64,000 bases of DNA, from NCBI GenBank assembly GCA_029261455.1, contig JAJDBH010000139.1, positions 12,922 to 76,921 on the forward strand. The letters run 5' to 3'. Positions 1-9,089 of the stretch are shown piece by piece (position 1 is the stretch's first letter; every line of letters starts with the position of its first letter). The DNA comes from Nitrospinaceae bacterium (lineage in GTDB: Bacteria; Nitrospinota; Nitrospinia; Nitrospinales; VA-1). The notes beneath the pieces were generated by a model. The model had not been told where the DNA came from, ran no database searches, and was given only the letters and a program-made list of their open reading frames with translations. The position numbers and the translations under genes are program-made.

Positions 1-2039
1 TTTGCTTGGCGATCAACGGCGCCTACGGAAATATAACGGTTACCAGCATAATCGTTATAAGCGAGCCCAAACTGGGCTTCCAAAAAGTTATTACCAGAAT
101 TGTATGTCCCGTAAACTGTCCCCTGATAACTATTGATATCGGTTTGGTTTTCTGAGAGTCGGGAGTTTACATCTGTATACGAATAGCTTGCTGCGAGACC
201 TAAAAGGAAAGTATTACTGGTTTGCTTGTCTGCCCCAAAGGCAAAACCCCCTGTACTCGCTTCGAAACCTTGAATCCCTTGACGCTCGCTCTGGTCTACA
301 TAAGCTCCAAATCCCTGAAGCCAAAAGTTGTTTCCCTCACTCACATCATCGCCTGCTGAAAGACCTTGGCCAGCGGAGATTCCTGTTCGCAGACTCGCAA
401 GTCGATAAGACACCGTGTTCAAGGGAGCTCTTCCTGCCAATACGGTGCCGATGACGGAACCACCATCGACAACCGGCGCTAACGATTCCAAAGCCGTCCC
501 CTCTTCTGAGGAACCCGCTAAACCATTCAACGCTGACGACAAAGTAGAATCGCCGGCAAAGGCCACATCAACTACTTCATTGACCGCCGTTGCATTACTG
601 CTCATATCAGTTGTGACTGCTGTGGGAGTGAGCTCAAGGTTGTTACCGTTCAGCGCCAGGGTAAAATTATATTGCGAATTATTGTCGGTTACAGTAATGC
701 CTGTCACCACACCCACCCCTAATCCTATATCTCCATCACCATCATTATCGATGAGTATGACGATAGCTGTTCCTGAGGTGAGGTTTCCGCTGACTGTCGG
801 AACAATGGAGGTTCCTGAGACTAACGTTGCCCCGCCTGTCACCACCAATTGACCGTTGGTATTGCCAATAGTGACTCCAAGTTTAGCAGAGGCTCCAAAT
901 GTGACCGTGCCAGAAGCTGTAACGGTTGATGTCCCGACATCAATGGTGCCCGAAGTCCCGGCTGCTGTCAGAGAGCCCGTAATAGTTGTGGAGGCTTTGG
1001 AGAATTTCAAGGTCGCTAAATTACTGATCGTTGTTGTTGTAGCTTTGAGATCGCCAGCAAAAGTCACGGTTTTACCACTACCTTGAATATTGACAGCATT
1101 CAGTCCCACACCGGTCGAGCCCACATCGCCACTGAAGGTGCTAGCCCCGACAACATTCAAGATCCCCTGGTTAGTCGTCGTGTTTGTGATCGCGCCAGTA
1201 ATATTCGCGCCATCAGAAACACTTATCGTTCCATTTGCGGCAAAGTCTATAGTACCCTTGACCGTGCCGTTGAAGGTTGTTGTATTTGTGCTTGAAATAA
1301 TAATCGCATCGGCATCCACAGTGCCATTGAAAGTTGCAGTTGTGTTTGCCCCAATATTCAAAATATCTACTGCCGCCGTAGCACCAATACTCTGAGAAAA
1401 TGCGATCGTATTAGCACCACCCTGAGAATTATTGACATTCATGGTGATCGTATCTAGTGTATTTGAAGCATTGATAGAAGCATCAAATATAATATTTTCA
1501 ATATTTACCGTATCAAAAGTGAGAGACAACGTAGAGGTTCCCGTGCCACCCACTATGGCAATTGAGTTTGTTCCGCCTCCTGACGTTGTCGCATTACCCT
1601 GAAAAGTAATATTGTCGTTTGTGGCGGTAATGGTCAAACTATTGGTGTTAGCAGTACTGCTCACTACAAGGTCATCGGCAAAAACAACCCCATTTGTAGT
1701 GCCTGAAGTTGTAACACTGATTCCTTGAGTAGTATTGCCGGTTGATTCAGTGAGCGTGAAAGAATCACTCGGGGTTATATTATTACCAAGAGTAACCACA
1801 CCCGTATCACTATCAATAATGATATTGGTCGATGCCGCTTCGTTGGATTCAATGAGCCCGCCTGACAAAGTTGCCCCAGCGCCACCGATTGTTGTCGCAG
1901 TGATCGTGTTGCCGTTGGTCACTTCATTTAGCCCATTGGCTGCTATTACCTGTTTGGCAGAATTAACGATTAGGAATATTGACGACAAAAGAATAGCCGA
2001 AAGTCTGACACTAAAATTATTTTTTTTTAGCGAACCCAT
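1..2039 (-). CDS. Autotransporter/adhesin-like repeat protein, N-terminal ~680 codons (3' end runs off the left edge)
   Basis: Absent from the ORF track because there is no in-window stop. ATG at 2039 is preceded by an SD-like GGGAGAAAGA. The N-terminus MGSLKKNNFSVRLSAILLSSIFLIVNSAKQVIAANG looks like a signal peptide. The frame had no stops in the five 60-nt blocks I spot-checked (1-180, 1021-1080, 1681-1740). The body is T/V/N/G/A/I-rich and passenger-like. The left end (..EAQFGLAYNDYAGNRYISVGAVDRQA) resembles beta-barrel strands. Confidence 0.6.
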   Translation of the reverse strand, partial: MGSLKKNNFSVRLSAILLSSIFLIVNSAKQVIAANGLNEVTNGNTITATTIGGAGATLSGGLIESNEAASTNIIIDSDTGVVTLGNNITPSDSFTLTESTGNTTQGISVTTSGTTNGVVFADDLVVSSTANTNSLTITATNDNITFQGNATTSGGGTNSIAIVGGTGTSTLSLTFDTVNIENIIFDASINASNTLDTITMNVNNSQGGANTIAFSQSIGATAAVDILNIGANTTATFNGTVDADAIIISSTNTTTFNGTVKGTIDFAANGTISVSDGANITGAITNTTTNQGILNVVGASTFSGDVGSTGVGLNAVNIQGSGKTVTFAGDLKATTTTISNLATLKFSKASTTITGSLTAAGTSGTIDVGTSTVTASGTVTFGASAKLGVTIGNTNGQLVVTGGATLVSGTSIVPTVSGNLTSGTAIVILIDNDGDGDIGLGVGVVTGITVTDNNSQYNFTLALNGNNLELTPTAVTTDMSSNATAVNEVVDVAFAGDSTLSSALNGLAGSSEEGTALESLAPVVDGGSVIGTVLAGRAPLNTVSYRLASLRTGISAGQGLSAGDDVSEGNNFWLQGFGAYVDQSERQGIQGFEASTGGFAFGADKQTSNTFLLGLAASYSYTDVNSRLSENQTDINSYQGTVYGTYNSGNNFLEAQFGLAYNDYAGNRYISVGAVDRQA

Positions 2040-2382
2040 TCTTTCTCCCGAAGACGCCCATCAAATCAGGAGAAATACTGCTTCCTCCTATTTTGACGAA
2101 AAAACTTACATCCTAAAAAGTGGTGAGCATGAATATTATACATTGAGAGTGAATGATTATCGCGCAAAAGATACTGTTTTTTCGGACTATCCGCATGTCA
2201 AAACAAAATAACCATTTCCCCATAGCGATATTACTGCTCGCAGGAATTAAAACAACATAGATAGTATTGGTGTTTATTTTAGGAGATCATGTAAAAAAAA
2301 ATGGGCTTGAATAGCCCGGTTTTTACTTTATAAAGGCGGGAGAATTACGAAAATGGACTTAAATGATGATTTGAAATTAATG

Positions 2383-2418
2383 AAAAAAAAACCCTCTCTC
2401 CTAATAAAGGAGAGAGGG
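2383..2418 (-). terminator. Rho-independent terminator after rplS
   Basis: On the minus strand, CCCTCTCTCC-TTTATTA-GGAGAGAGGG is followed by a T9 run, 53 nt downstream of the rplS stop. Confidence 0.7.
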
Positions 2419-2470
2419 TAAATAACCTTTGCTTGTAAAGTAGAGCTATTACAAGTCCAAGCTGAGTAGG

Positions 2471-2896
2471 TTAGGCATTTTTAGCGGCAGCTTTTGCGGC
2501 TTTCGCTTTTTTTCCACGGGTCTTGACCTTTTTCACTTTGGTAGTAGGCCGTGGTGCCTTGAGTTCTTTCAGGCGAGCCGCTTTGCCACGCAGTTCGCGA
2601 AGATAATACAGTTTGGCCTGGCGCACTTTGGCACGTCGGACGATCTCAATTTTTTCAACTCTGGGGGAATGAAACGGGAATATACGTTCCACTCCAATAC
2701 CAAAGGAAATTTTGCGAACGGTCAAGGTCTTGCGAGACCCACCCCCACGCATTTTGATGACCACGCCTTCAATGACCTGAATACGTTCTTTCTCTCCCTC
2801 AACTATGCGCATATGCACCTTGACGGTGTCGCCGATATGAACATCGGAAACTTCCTTCTTCATTTCTTTTGCTTCAACCTGATCTACTAAGTTCAT
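2471..2896 (-). CDS. rplS: 50S ribosomal protein L19 with Lys/Ala-rich C-terminal tail
   Basis: [54 protein letters not shown] is a typical L19 core. It lies downstream of trmD. Confidence 0.95.
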   Translation of the reverse strand: MNLVDQVEAKEMKKEVSDVHIGDTVKVHMRIVEGEKERIQVIEGVVIKMRGGGSRKTLTVRKISFGIGVERIFPFHSPRVEKIEIVRRAKVRQAKLYYLRELRGKAARLKELKAPRPTTKVKKVKTRGKKAKAAKAAAKNA

Positions 2897-2965
2897 GAAC
2901 CTCTCTCCTTGGGTGTCTATATATTAACTAATTGATGATTTTCGATTCCGTTATAAAATTCTTTA

Positions 2966-3544
2966 TCAAGACCTGCCTAACAGGCGGTCCAATATAATTG
3001 CTACCGCTCCTCGTACCGGCAAGTGATTGAATCCGCTATTACCTTCTATCGGATCCAACACAAGGTCGGCACTGCGGGTCAGGTTTTTTTCCAATCCCCA
3101 GCCAGTGCCAAAAACCAGAAGCACCGGGCCACCCTTCTGCAATTGTTTGCTTAAATTTCCATATCCAATGCTGTTCGGCTGCTGTTTCGCTCCGGTGACG
3201 ACCACGCAAGGTCGTTCGCCAGCTTGTTCTGTCACATCGGCCACCGCATCATCCAGGCTTTTTATAACCTGGGTTTTCAGCAGAGCTTCTTTTCGGGTTG
3301 GGTTATACTCCGCCCCAAACCCTTTCAACCAATGACCGACCAACCTCTCGACCAGCTCCTGCTGAGTCTTCAAAGGTGTGACCACATAAAAAGTACCGAC
3401 TCCATATGTCCGGCAGACACGCGAAATGTCATGGACGTCCAAAGTGGTGACGGATGACACCACTACTTCCCCCGTCTTGTTATAGACGGGAAAGTGGACC
3501 AGCGCCAAATGAATATTCGAATAACGCGCTTTATCCAAAGCCAA
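2966..3544 (-). CDS. SPOUT-type RNA methyltransferase-like protein (PF09936/DUF2168-like)
   Basis: 192 aa. HLALVHFPVYNKTGEVV..TTLDVHDISR..LLVFGTGWGL..NHLPVRGAVAIILDRL resembles the SPOUT family found between trmD and rplS in some phyla. Recognised by eye only. Confidence 0.6.
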   Translation of the reverse strand: MALDKARYSNIHLALVHFPVYNKTGEVVVSSVTTLDVHDISRVCRTYGVGTFYVVTPLKTQQELVERLVGHWLKGFGAEYNPTRKEALLKTQVIKSLDDAVADVTEQAGERPCVVVTGAKQQPNSIGYGNLSKQLQKGGPVLLVFGTGWGLEKNLTRSADLVLDPIEGNSGFNHLPVRGAVAIILDRLLGRS

Positions 3545-3550
3545 CCTGTA

Positions 3551-4249
3551 TCAAACCCGTTTATTTTTTTCGAGCAGATCGGGTCGAACCTGCGCGGTTT
3601 TTTTTATCGCTTCCGCCTTTTGCCAGTCGCGTATTTTTTTCGGGTCGCCAGAAACCAGAACTTCTGGAACCTTGAGTCCTTCATAATCCTGAGGCCGAGT
3701 GTATTGCGGGTACTCCAGCAAATCGTCGTGGAAAGATTCTTCCACCACCGATTCCGGGTCACCCAGCACCCCCGGCAATAACCTTGATACTGCCTCAACG
3801 AGAACCATAGCCGGAAGTTCTCCGCCCGTTAAAACATAATCACCTATGGAAATTTCCTCATCGACATAATGCAGACGAATCCGCTCGTCAATGCCCTCAT
3901 AGCGACCACAGATCAGAGTGAGGCTCGACAAGTTCGAGAGCTCCCAAGCTTTTTCCTGATCGAAAGGCCGACCTCCGGGAGACAATAATATCGTCCGGGA
4001 TTCGGGAACTTCCTTTTTGACCGCAGAAATGGCACGGGCAATGGGCTCGACATTCATGACCATGCCCACTCCACCTCCGAAAGGGGAATCATCCACTTTC
4101 CTGTGCTTATTCAGACTGTAGTCGCGCAAATCATGGACGTGAATATCCAACAATCCTTCTTCGCGAGCCCGCTGGATAATGCTATCTCCAAAAGGAGACT
4201 CAAACATCCCCGGAAAAATGCTGACAATGTCAAACCGGAGTGTCCTCAA
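3551..4249 (-). CDS. trmD: tRNA (guanine37-N1)-methyltransferase
   Basis: FDIVSIFPGMFESPF..GGGVGMVM..LICGRYEGIDERI..SIGDYVLTGGELPA. TTG start with GAGGG SD. Confidence 0.95.
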   Translation of the reverse strand: MRTLRFDIVSIFPGMFESPFGDSIIQRAREEGLLDIHVHDLRDYSLNKHRKVDDSPFGGGVGMVMNVEPIARAISAVKKEVPESRTILLSPGGRPFDQEKAWELSNLSSLTLICGRYEGIDERIRLHYVDEEISIGDYVLTGGELPAMVLVEAVSRLLPGVLGDPESVVEESFHDDLLEYPQYTRPQDYEGLKVPEVLVSGDPKKIRDWQKAEAIKKTAQVRPDLLEKNKRV

Positions 4250-4733
4250 TCAAACCCTCAATATTATGAAAAATCAGTTTTTTCTGTTCCAAATCGATGG
4301 ACTTGACCACCGAATCAATCATAGGGAGCATCCATTCCTGATCCCCGTTCCGCACCACATATATATCGTTACTCTTCGTGGGGATAATTTCTTCAATAAC
4401 TCCATAGGGTCGGCCCTCTTCATCGAAGACCGCAAGCCCTTCAATCTCAAAGCGGTAATACTCGCCTTCTGACAAAGGCTTTAGGTTCTCACGTTTAGCC
4501 AAAACTTCTGTACCGGTCAAAAGTTTTGCCGTATCAATGTCATCGATTCCTTCAAACTTAATAATGAAGGGAACGTTGGCCCCACGAATCGATTGAACTT
4601 TTACTTCCTTTTCTTCCAACCGCACAGTCTGTTCACGTAAAGATTCGACCTCTTCCGGGTCATGCGGAAAAAACTTCAATTCACCTTTCAGACCGTGAGT
4701 TCGACCAAGCTTGCCAAAAGAAATCCAGTCCAT
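4230..4733 (-). CDS. rimM: 16S rRNA processing protein RimM
   Basis: WISFGKLGRTHGLKGELKF is a RimM N-terminus, with a PRC-barrel-like C-terminus. I prefer the ATG at 4733 to the TTG at 4751 given in the track. Start uncertain. Confidence 0.85.
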   Translation of the reverse strand: MDWISFGKLGRTHGLKGELKFFPHDPEEVESLREQTVRLEEKEVKVQSIRGANVPFIIKFEGIDDIDTAKLLTGTEVLAKRENLKPLSEGEYYRFEIEGLAVFDEEGRPYGVIEEIIPTKSNDIYVVRNGDQEWMLPMIDSVVKSIDLEQKKLIFHNIEGLIEDTPV

Positions 4734-4734
4734 A

Positions 4735-4965
4735 TCATTCAATAATTTCAAGCACAGCTCGTTTTTTTAATTTGGTCGCAGTCGCGTTCAGGATAGTGCG
4801 CATGGCCCTGGCAGTTTTTCCCTGCTTGCCAATGACCTTTCCCAAATCATCTTTAGCGACCCTCAATTCCAACACCGTTGTTTTCTCGCCTATCACTTCT
4901 TGCAAATCCACTTCATCAGGCTTGTCCACCAACGACTTCGCAATCATCAATATGAGATCTCTCAC
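4735..4965 (-). CDS. KH-domain RNA-binding protein (UPF0109/YlqC-like)
   Basis: 76 aa with [19 protein letters not shown] (GXXG KH motif). GTG start behind AGGAGG. Conserved position between rpsP and rimM. Confidence 0.85.
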   Translation of the reverse strand: MRDLILMIAKSLVDKPDEVDLQEVIGEKTTVLELRVAKDDLGKVIGKQGKTARAMRTILNATATKLKKRAVLEIIE

Positions 4966-5076
4966 AATTACCTCCTAGTCCACAGGAAACAAACCCCAGA
5001 ATGAAAAGGAGCAACACAAACTTATTATTCCAGTTCGCGCAATTGTGAGAATCGCGGTTTTGCGAAATGAATGGGC

Positions 5077-5322
5077 TTAAGCCCCGACCCCAGCCTTTTT
5101 GAACAAGGTTCCTACGGTTTTGCTGGGCTTCGCACCTTTCTTGATCCAAGCCATAGCCTTATCCGCGTCAACCTTGCAACCCTCTTCATCGTTAAGAGGA
5201 TCGTAGGTTCCCAGAATCTCAAGAAATCTACCATCTCTTGGCATTCTAGAATCTGCCGCAACAATCCTGTAAAAGGGTTTCTTTTTTGCTCCTCGTCGAG
5301 TCAATCGAATTACAACTGCCAA
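5077..5322 (-). CDS. rpsP: 30S ribosomal protein S16
   Basis: (M)[44 protein letters not shown] start at 5322 sits 7 nt after AGGAGA. The longer track ORF (to 5394) adds a non-S16 extension. Confidence 0.9.
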   Translation of the reverse strand: MAVVIRLTRRGAKKKPFYRIVAADSRMPRDGRFLEILGTYDPLNDEEGCKVDADKAMAWIKKGAKPSKTVGTLFKKAGVGA

Positions 5323-5493
5323 TGTACTTTCTCCTAAGTTACGGGCTTTGCCCGGTATATATGGCGTTAACAACTGCCAATAATTAATGTACAAACAAAA
5401 CTAATACTTATAGCCCAGCTTCACGCTGTTCGGGTCAGGCCCGAAAGATTTGCGGCAAAAAAAACCGCAATAATTCACTCAATAAAAATCCGT

Positions 5494-6840
5494 TTAGAAA
5501 GGCCGACCCGGCATACCTCGTCCGCCCATCAGACTGCCAAAGTTCATACCGCCACCCCGGGCAACCTTTTTCATCATCTTTTGCATTTGCGCAAACTGCT
5601 TCAACAACTTGTTCACATCATTCACCCGGGTGCCACTGCCTAGAGCGATTCTGCGTTTTCTGCTGGCATTGATGATATTGTGTTTTTCGCGTTCCCGCGC
5701 AGTCATGGAATTAATAATCGCCTCAACTTGAACAAAGGCACTGTTATCAATTTTCAAACCTTTCGTCAGTTTTCCCGCACCGGGGATCATCCCTAACAAC
5801 TGCTCCATCGATCCCATTTTTTGCACCTGCTTCAACTGGTCGCGAAAATCTTCCAAAGTAAACGCGTTGCTCTTGAGTTTTTTCTGTAACTTTTCCTGCT
5901 CTTCCTGTTCGAAATTTTGCTCTGCTTTTTCGACCAGGGACATGACATCGCCCATGCCCAGAATACGAGAAACAATGCGGTCAGGATGAAACGGCTCCAA
6001 CGCATCGAGCTTTTCTCCCATTCCTATAAATCGAATAGGTTTGCCGGTCACTCTTCTTATGGAAAATGCCGCACCGCCACGCGCATCACCGTCCATCTTA
6101 GTCAAGACCACGCCATCAATACCGACAGCATCATTAAACGTCTTGGCGATATCGGCAGACTGCTGCCCCATCATCGCATCCGCCACAAACAATACCTCGT
6201 GCGGCTGAACCGCTTTCTTGATCTGCTTTAGCTCTTCCATCAGAGCATCATCAACCTGCTGACGACCCGCAGTATCGATGATCACTATCTGACTCATTCT
6301 GTTGACGGCTTCATCCAGCGAATTTTTACAAATCGCTACGGGATCTTTCTCTTCCCCGGCGTCATACACCGCTACATCGAGCTCCCGTCCTAAAACATGC
6401 AACTGTTCTATCGCTGCCGGACGGTAAACATCCGCAGGAACGAGGAGACAGTTTTTTCCTTTTTCTTTAAACCGCTTAGCCAGTTTACCGACTGTGGTGG
6501 TTTTACCCGCCCCCTGAAGTCCCGCCATCAATATAATAGTGGGCGGCTTCGGCGCAATCGCAATATCAACAAATTCTTCACCCAGCAAATGCGTCAAGTG
6601 ATCGTTGACGATTTTGACCATCTGGTGCCCGGGCGTCAGACTTTTTAGAACTTCCTGACCAACAGCTTGCACACGGACTTCGGCAATAAAATCTTTGATA
6701 ACCGGCAGGCTAACATCTGCCTCGATCAACGCGACACGGATTTCACGCAAGGCCTCATCGACATCGTTTTCCTTGAGGACTCCGCGGCCTTTTAATTTTT
6801 TGTAGATCGCTTCAAGGCGATCGGATAAATTATCGAACAT
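5494..6840 (-). CDS. ffh: Signal recognition particle protein Ffh
   Basis: MFDNLSDRLEAIYKKLKG.., GLQGAGKTTT, DTAGR, TKMDGDARGG and a Met-rich M domain. True start is the ATG at 6840, not 6930. Confidence 0.95.
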   Translation of the reverse strand: MFDNLSDRLEAIYKKLKGRGVLKENDVDEALREIRVALIEADVSLPVIKDFIAEVRVQAVGQEVLKSLTPGHQMVKIVNDHLTHLLGEEFVDIAIAPKPPTIILMAGLQGAGKTTTVGKLAKRFKEKGKNCLLVPADVYRPAAIEQLHVLGRELDVAVYDAGEEKDPVAICKNSLDEAVNRMSQIVIIDTAGRQQVDDALMEELKQIKKAVQPHEVLFVADAMMGQQSADIAKTFNDAVGIDGVVLTKMDGDARGGAAFSIRRVTGKPIRFIGMGEKLDALEPFHPDRIVSRILGMGDVMSLVEKAEQNFEQEEQEKLQKKLKSNAFTLEDFRDQLKQVQKMGSMEQLLGMIPGAGKLTKGLKIDNSAFVQVEAIINSMTAREREKHNIINASRKRRIALGSGTRVNDVNKLLKQFAQMQKMMKKVARGGGMNFGSLMGGRGMPGRPF

Positions 6841-6988
6841 GAAAAATAGGGCTAAACCCTTTAAATTTAAGGGGACTATCGGCTTTAATTGTAAGTCGAT
6901 TAGTATATAATAACAACCCGCAATGCGCAAGCTGATTAGATTAAACCTTTAGCAAGCGCGGCGCAACATCAAAATACCCGGAAAACCT

Positions 6989-7669
6989 ATGAAATCAGTA
7001 GTTTTGTTAAGTGGTGGGCTCGATTCCACCACAACCTTGGCAATGGCTCAAAAAGCGGGGTTTGATCTCTTCTGCCTCACCTTCGACTATGGCCAGCGAC
7101 ATCGAGTCGAGCTGGATCGGGCTCGGGACATCGCTCAGCACTTCGGTGCCATGGACCATCAGATCGTCAAAATCGATTTGCGCCAGTTTGGCGGTTCGGC
7201 TTTGACCGACTCCATTGAGGTTCCGACCGACCGGAACCAAGAGGAAATGTCCGCAGAAATTCCCGTCACCTATGTTCCAGCGCGCAATACCATTTTTCTT
7301 TCGTTTTGTCTGGCTTACGCAGAAGTGAAAGAAGCCAGCGATATTTTTATCGGAGTCAACGCTGTTGATTATAGCGGCTACCCCGATTGCCGACCCGAAT
7401 TTATCAAAGCCTTTGAAACCCTCGCAAACCTGGCCACCAAAGCAGGCGTTGAAGGAAAACAGTCTTTAAAAATTCATACCCCTCTGATCGAATTGAGCAA
7501 GGCAGAAATTATCCAGAAAGGTTTGGAGCTGGGAGTGGATTATGCCATGACCCACAGTTGCTATGATCCAGCAGAGGGAGGAATTTCCTGCGGCGTGTGC
7601 GACAGTTGCCAATTGCGCCTGAAAGGTTTTCAAGAGGCTAGGGTCAAAGACCCTATTGGATATAAGTAA
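6989..7669 (+). CDS. queC: 7-cyano-7-deazaguanine synthase
   Basis: [14 protein letters not shown]-loop, and a C-terminal CxxCxxC zinc site ([10 protein letters not shown]). Confidence 0.95.
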   Translation: MKSVVLLSGGLDSTTTLAMAQKAGFDLFCLTFDYGQRHRVELDRARDIAQHFGAMDHQIVKIDLRQFGGSALTDSIEVPTDRNQEEMSAEIPVTYVPARNTIFLSFCLAYAEVKEASDIFIGVNAVDYSGYPDCRPEFIKAFETLANLATKAGVEGKQSLKIHTPLIELSKAEIIQKGLELGVDYAMTHSCYDPAEGGISCGVCDSCQLRLKGFQEARVKDPIGYK

Positions 7670-7715
7670 GGTAAACAAAGATGAACGCAGATAAAAAATA
7701 AAGAGGTTTAACCCA

Positions 7716-7784
7716 AATCCCCCCAGCCACATTTCGGGGAAGGGGGAATAATCAAAAAACCCCCTCCCCGAATCGGGAAGAGGG
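7716..7784. repeat. REP-like element copy (CCCCAGCC core plus G/C palindromes), acting as a bidirectional terminator region
   Basis: AATCCCCCCAGCC at 7716-7728. Palindrome CCCCCTCCCCGAATCGGGAAGAGGG at 7760-7784 is flanked by A6 on one side and a T-rich stretch on the other. It lies between convergent queC and the His-rich gene. Confidence 0.55.
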
Positions 7785-7830
7785 TTGTATTTTAACTAGC
7801 TCCCACGTGAGTGGGTGCCTAGTGGTGTCT

Positions 7831-8163
7831 CTACATTTTACTTCCTTCTTCTTTACGTTGATGCATCTCTTTCTGCATTTTCTGGTGAGCGTCTTCTTTC
7901 ATGCCGCTACCTTCTTCCATTGCCTCTTTTTTCTCATGCTCATATTTACCGTATTTCTTTTCGTAATGTTCTTTGGAATGCTCACCGCTATCTTTGTATT
8001 CATGAGCCATACCACTAGCTTTATGATCCATTTCCATCGCGGCACCGCCACTGCCTTCTTCATACACTTTTTTATCATGATCCTCACCTTCGTGAGCGAA
8101 AGCGGTGGAAGAAAATAACATTCCCATAACGAGCAATAGAACTGCGAAAAACATCTTTTTCAT
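7831..8163 (-). CDS. Small secreted His/Glu/Lys/Met-rich protein (possible periplasmic metal-binding protein)
   Basis: 110 aa. Signal peptide MKKMFFAVLLLVMGMLFSSTAFA, then a charged low-complexity body with 12 His and an internal repeat EEGSGGAAMEMDHK / EEGSGMKEDAHQK. Confidence 0.6.
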   Translation of the reverse strand: MKKMFFAVLLLVMGMLFSSTAFAHEGEDHDKKVYEEGSGGAAMEMDHKASGMAHEYKDSGEHSKEHYEKKYGKYEHEKKEAMEEGSGMKEDAHQKMQKEMHQRKEEGSKM

Positions 8164-8273
8164 TTTGATCTCCTGGTGTTTATGTCGGGGATGAAACCTG
8201 ACTATAAGAATAACAGTTTTTCATTTATCAAATCAACCGGACTACGACCGGAGGCGGTTTAACCAAAACCCCT

Positions 8274-8361
8274 GGTTGTAAATCACCCCAGCCCTCTTTA
8301 ATAAAGAGGGGGTGAAAACCTAAGCCAACCCTCCCCCAGCCCCTCCCTATGAAGGGAGGGG
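8274..8361. repeat. REP-like element, double copy
   Basis: GGTTGTAAATCACCCCAGCC (8274-8293) is identical to 53590-53609. AATCACCCCAGCCCTCTTTAATAAAGAGGG (8281-8310) is the reverse complement of 51873-51902. A second palindrome, CCCCTCCCTATGAAGGGAGGGG, is at 8340-8361. Confidence 0.7.
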
Positions 8362-8443
8362 AGATTTGAGCAGTGCTCCATCAGCCGAGCCAACTATTTG
8401 TCTGCTCATGAATGCTATTGCAATTGCCCCTGCGGCTAGCAGG

Positions 8444-8956
8444 TTATTTTTCTAGGAGGCGTGGCATTAATTCAACCAGGTTGCAGGGTTTATGAGTGCT
8501 ATCGAGTTGGTGAACGAGAATCTGGTCCCACCCGTCTTTGCAGGCCCCGGTAGAGCCCGGTAAGGCAAACAGGAAGGTACCGTTAGCAACCCCGGCTGTG
8601 CAACGCGATTGCAGGCTGGATGTTTTGATAGTTTCATAACTCAACATACGGAACAGTTCACCAAATCCGGGAATAGACTTTTCATACAACGCCTCAAAAG
8701 CTTCGGGAGTGATGTCGCGCCCTGTCACCCCTGTTCCACCTGTAGCGATCACGGCATCGACATCGGGACTGGCGATCCATTTCTTCAATTGCTCCTGAAG
8801 CAGGTCTATTTCATCTTTGATGATTTTCTTTTCCACCAGATGATGCCCGGCTCCTTTGATCCGATCGACTAAAGTCTGGCCGGATTTATCATCCTCTTCG
8901 GTGCGGGTATCGGAAACTGTCAGCACGGCGATGTTCACGCATTTCTTCTCACTCAT
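8444..8956 (-). CDS. moaB: Molybdenum cofactor biosynthesis protein B (MoaB/MogA family)
   Basis: NIAVLTVSDTRT..DKSG..VIATGGTGVTGRDITPEA..PGSTGA are typical MoCF_biosynth domain motifs. Confidence 0.85.
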   Translation of the reverse strand: MSEKKCVNIAVLTVSDTRTEEDDKSGQTLVDRIKGAGHHLVEKKIIKDEIDLLQEQLKKWIASPDVDAVIATGGTGVTGRDITPEAFEALYEKSIPGFGELFRMLSYETIKTSSLQSRCTAGVANGTFLFALPGSTGACKDGWDQILVHQLDSTHKPCNLVELMPRLLEK

Positions 8957-9089
8957 TTTTTAATCGCTCCTCTTTCCTGAAAATGTATCGGGTCTATAAA
9001 GAATCGGTTTCTATAATTGCAGAACCCGGTTTATGGTAAATTGATGATTAGCGGGTGAGTATATCATAAGCAATTTGTGAGGAACAAAA

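Noticed and set aside
188-2211. Track ORFs on the plus strand (188-454, 415-852, 856-1086, 1083-1295, 1090-1395, 1735-2211)
   Set aside because: They are antisense to a much longer reverse-strand frame that has an SD, a signal peptide and adhesin-like repeats. Their translations are low-complexity V/P/T/A mirror images with no start context.
6841-6930. 30-codon N-terminal extension of ffh in the track ORF. Similar extensions occur for rpsP (5323-5394), bcp (39774-39833), ettA (50082-50126), the 56270 regulator and the 51983 gene
   Set aside because: The conserved protein N-termini (MFDNLSDRL.., (M)[10 protein letters not shown].., MLQAGTDAPDF.., MAGEYIF..) begin at internal starts with better SD spacing. 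The extensions have no family counterpart.
6931-6988. preQ1 riboswitch upstream of queC
   Set aside because: The intergenic region is only 58 nt and is shared with the divergent ffh promoter. I could not see the conserved preQ1-I hairpin followed by an A-rich tail.
7807-8118. 103-aa Phe/Leu-rich plus-strand ORF (and the ORF at 7815-8018)
   Set aside because: It is a mirror artefact of the Lys/Glu/His-rich minus-strand gene (AAG/GAA codons read as CTT/TTC). The minus frame has a proper signal peptide and a terminator.
7716-8361. Possible CRISPR array, suggested by recurring palindromic repeats
   Set aside because: The copies are not regularly spaced, have different lengths and orientations, and sit singly at gene ends across the window (also at 51.9 and 53.6 kb). 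There are no cas genes. The pattern fits REP-like elements instead.
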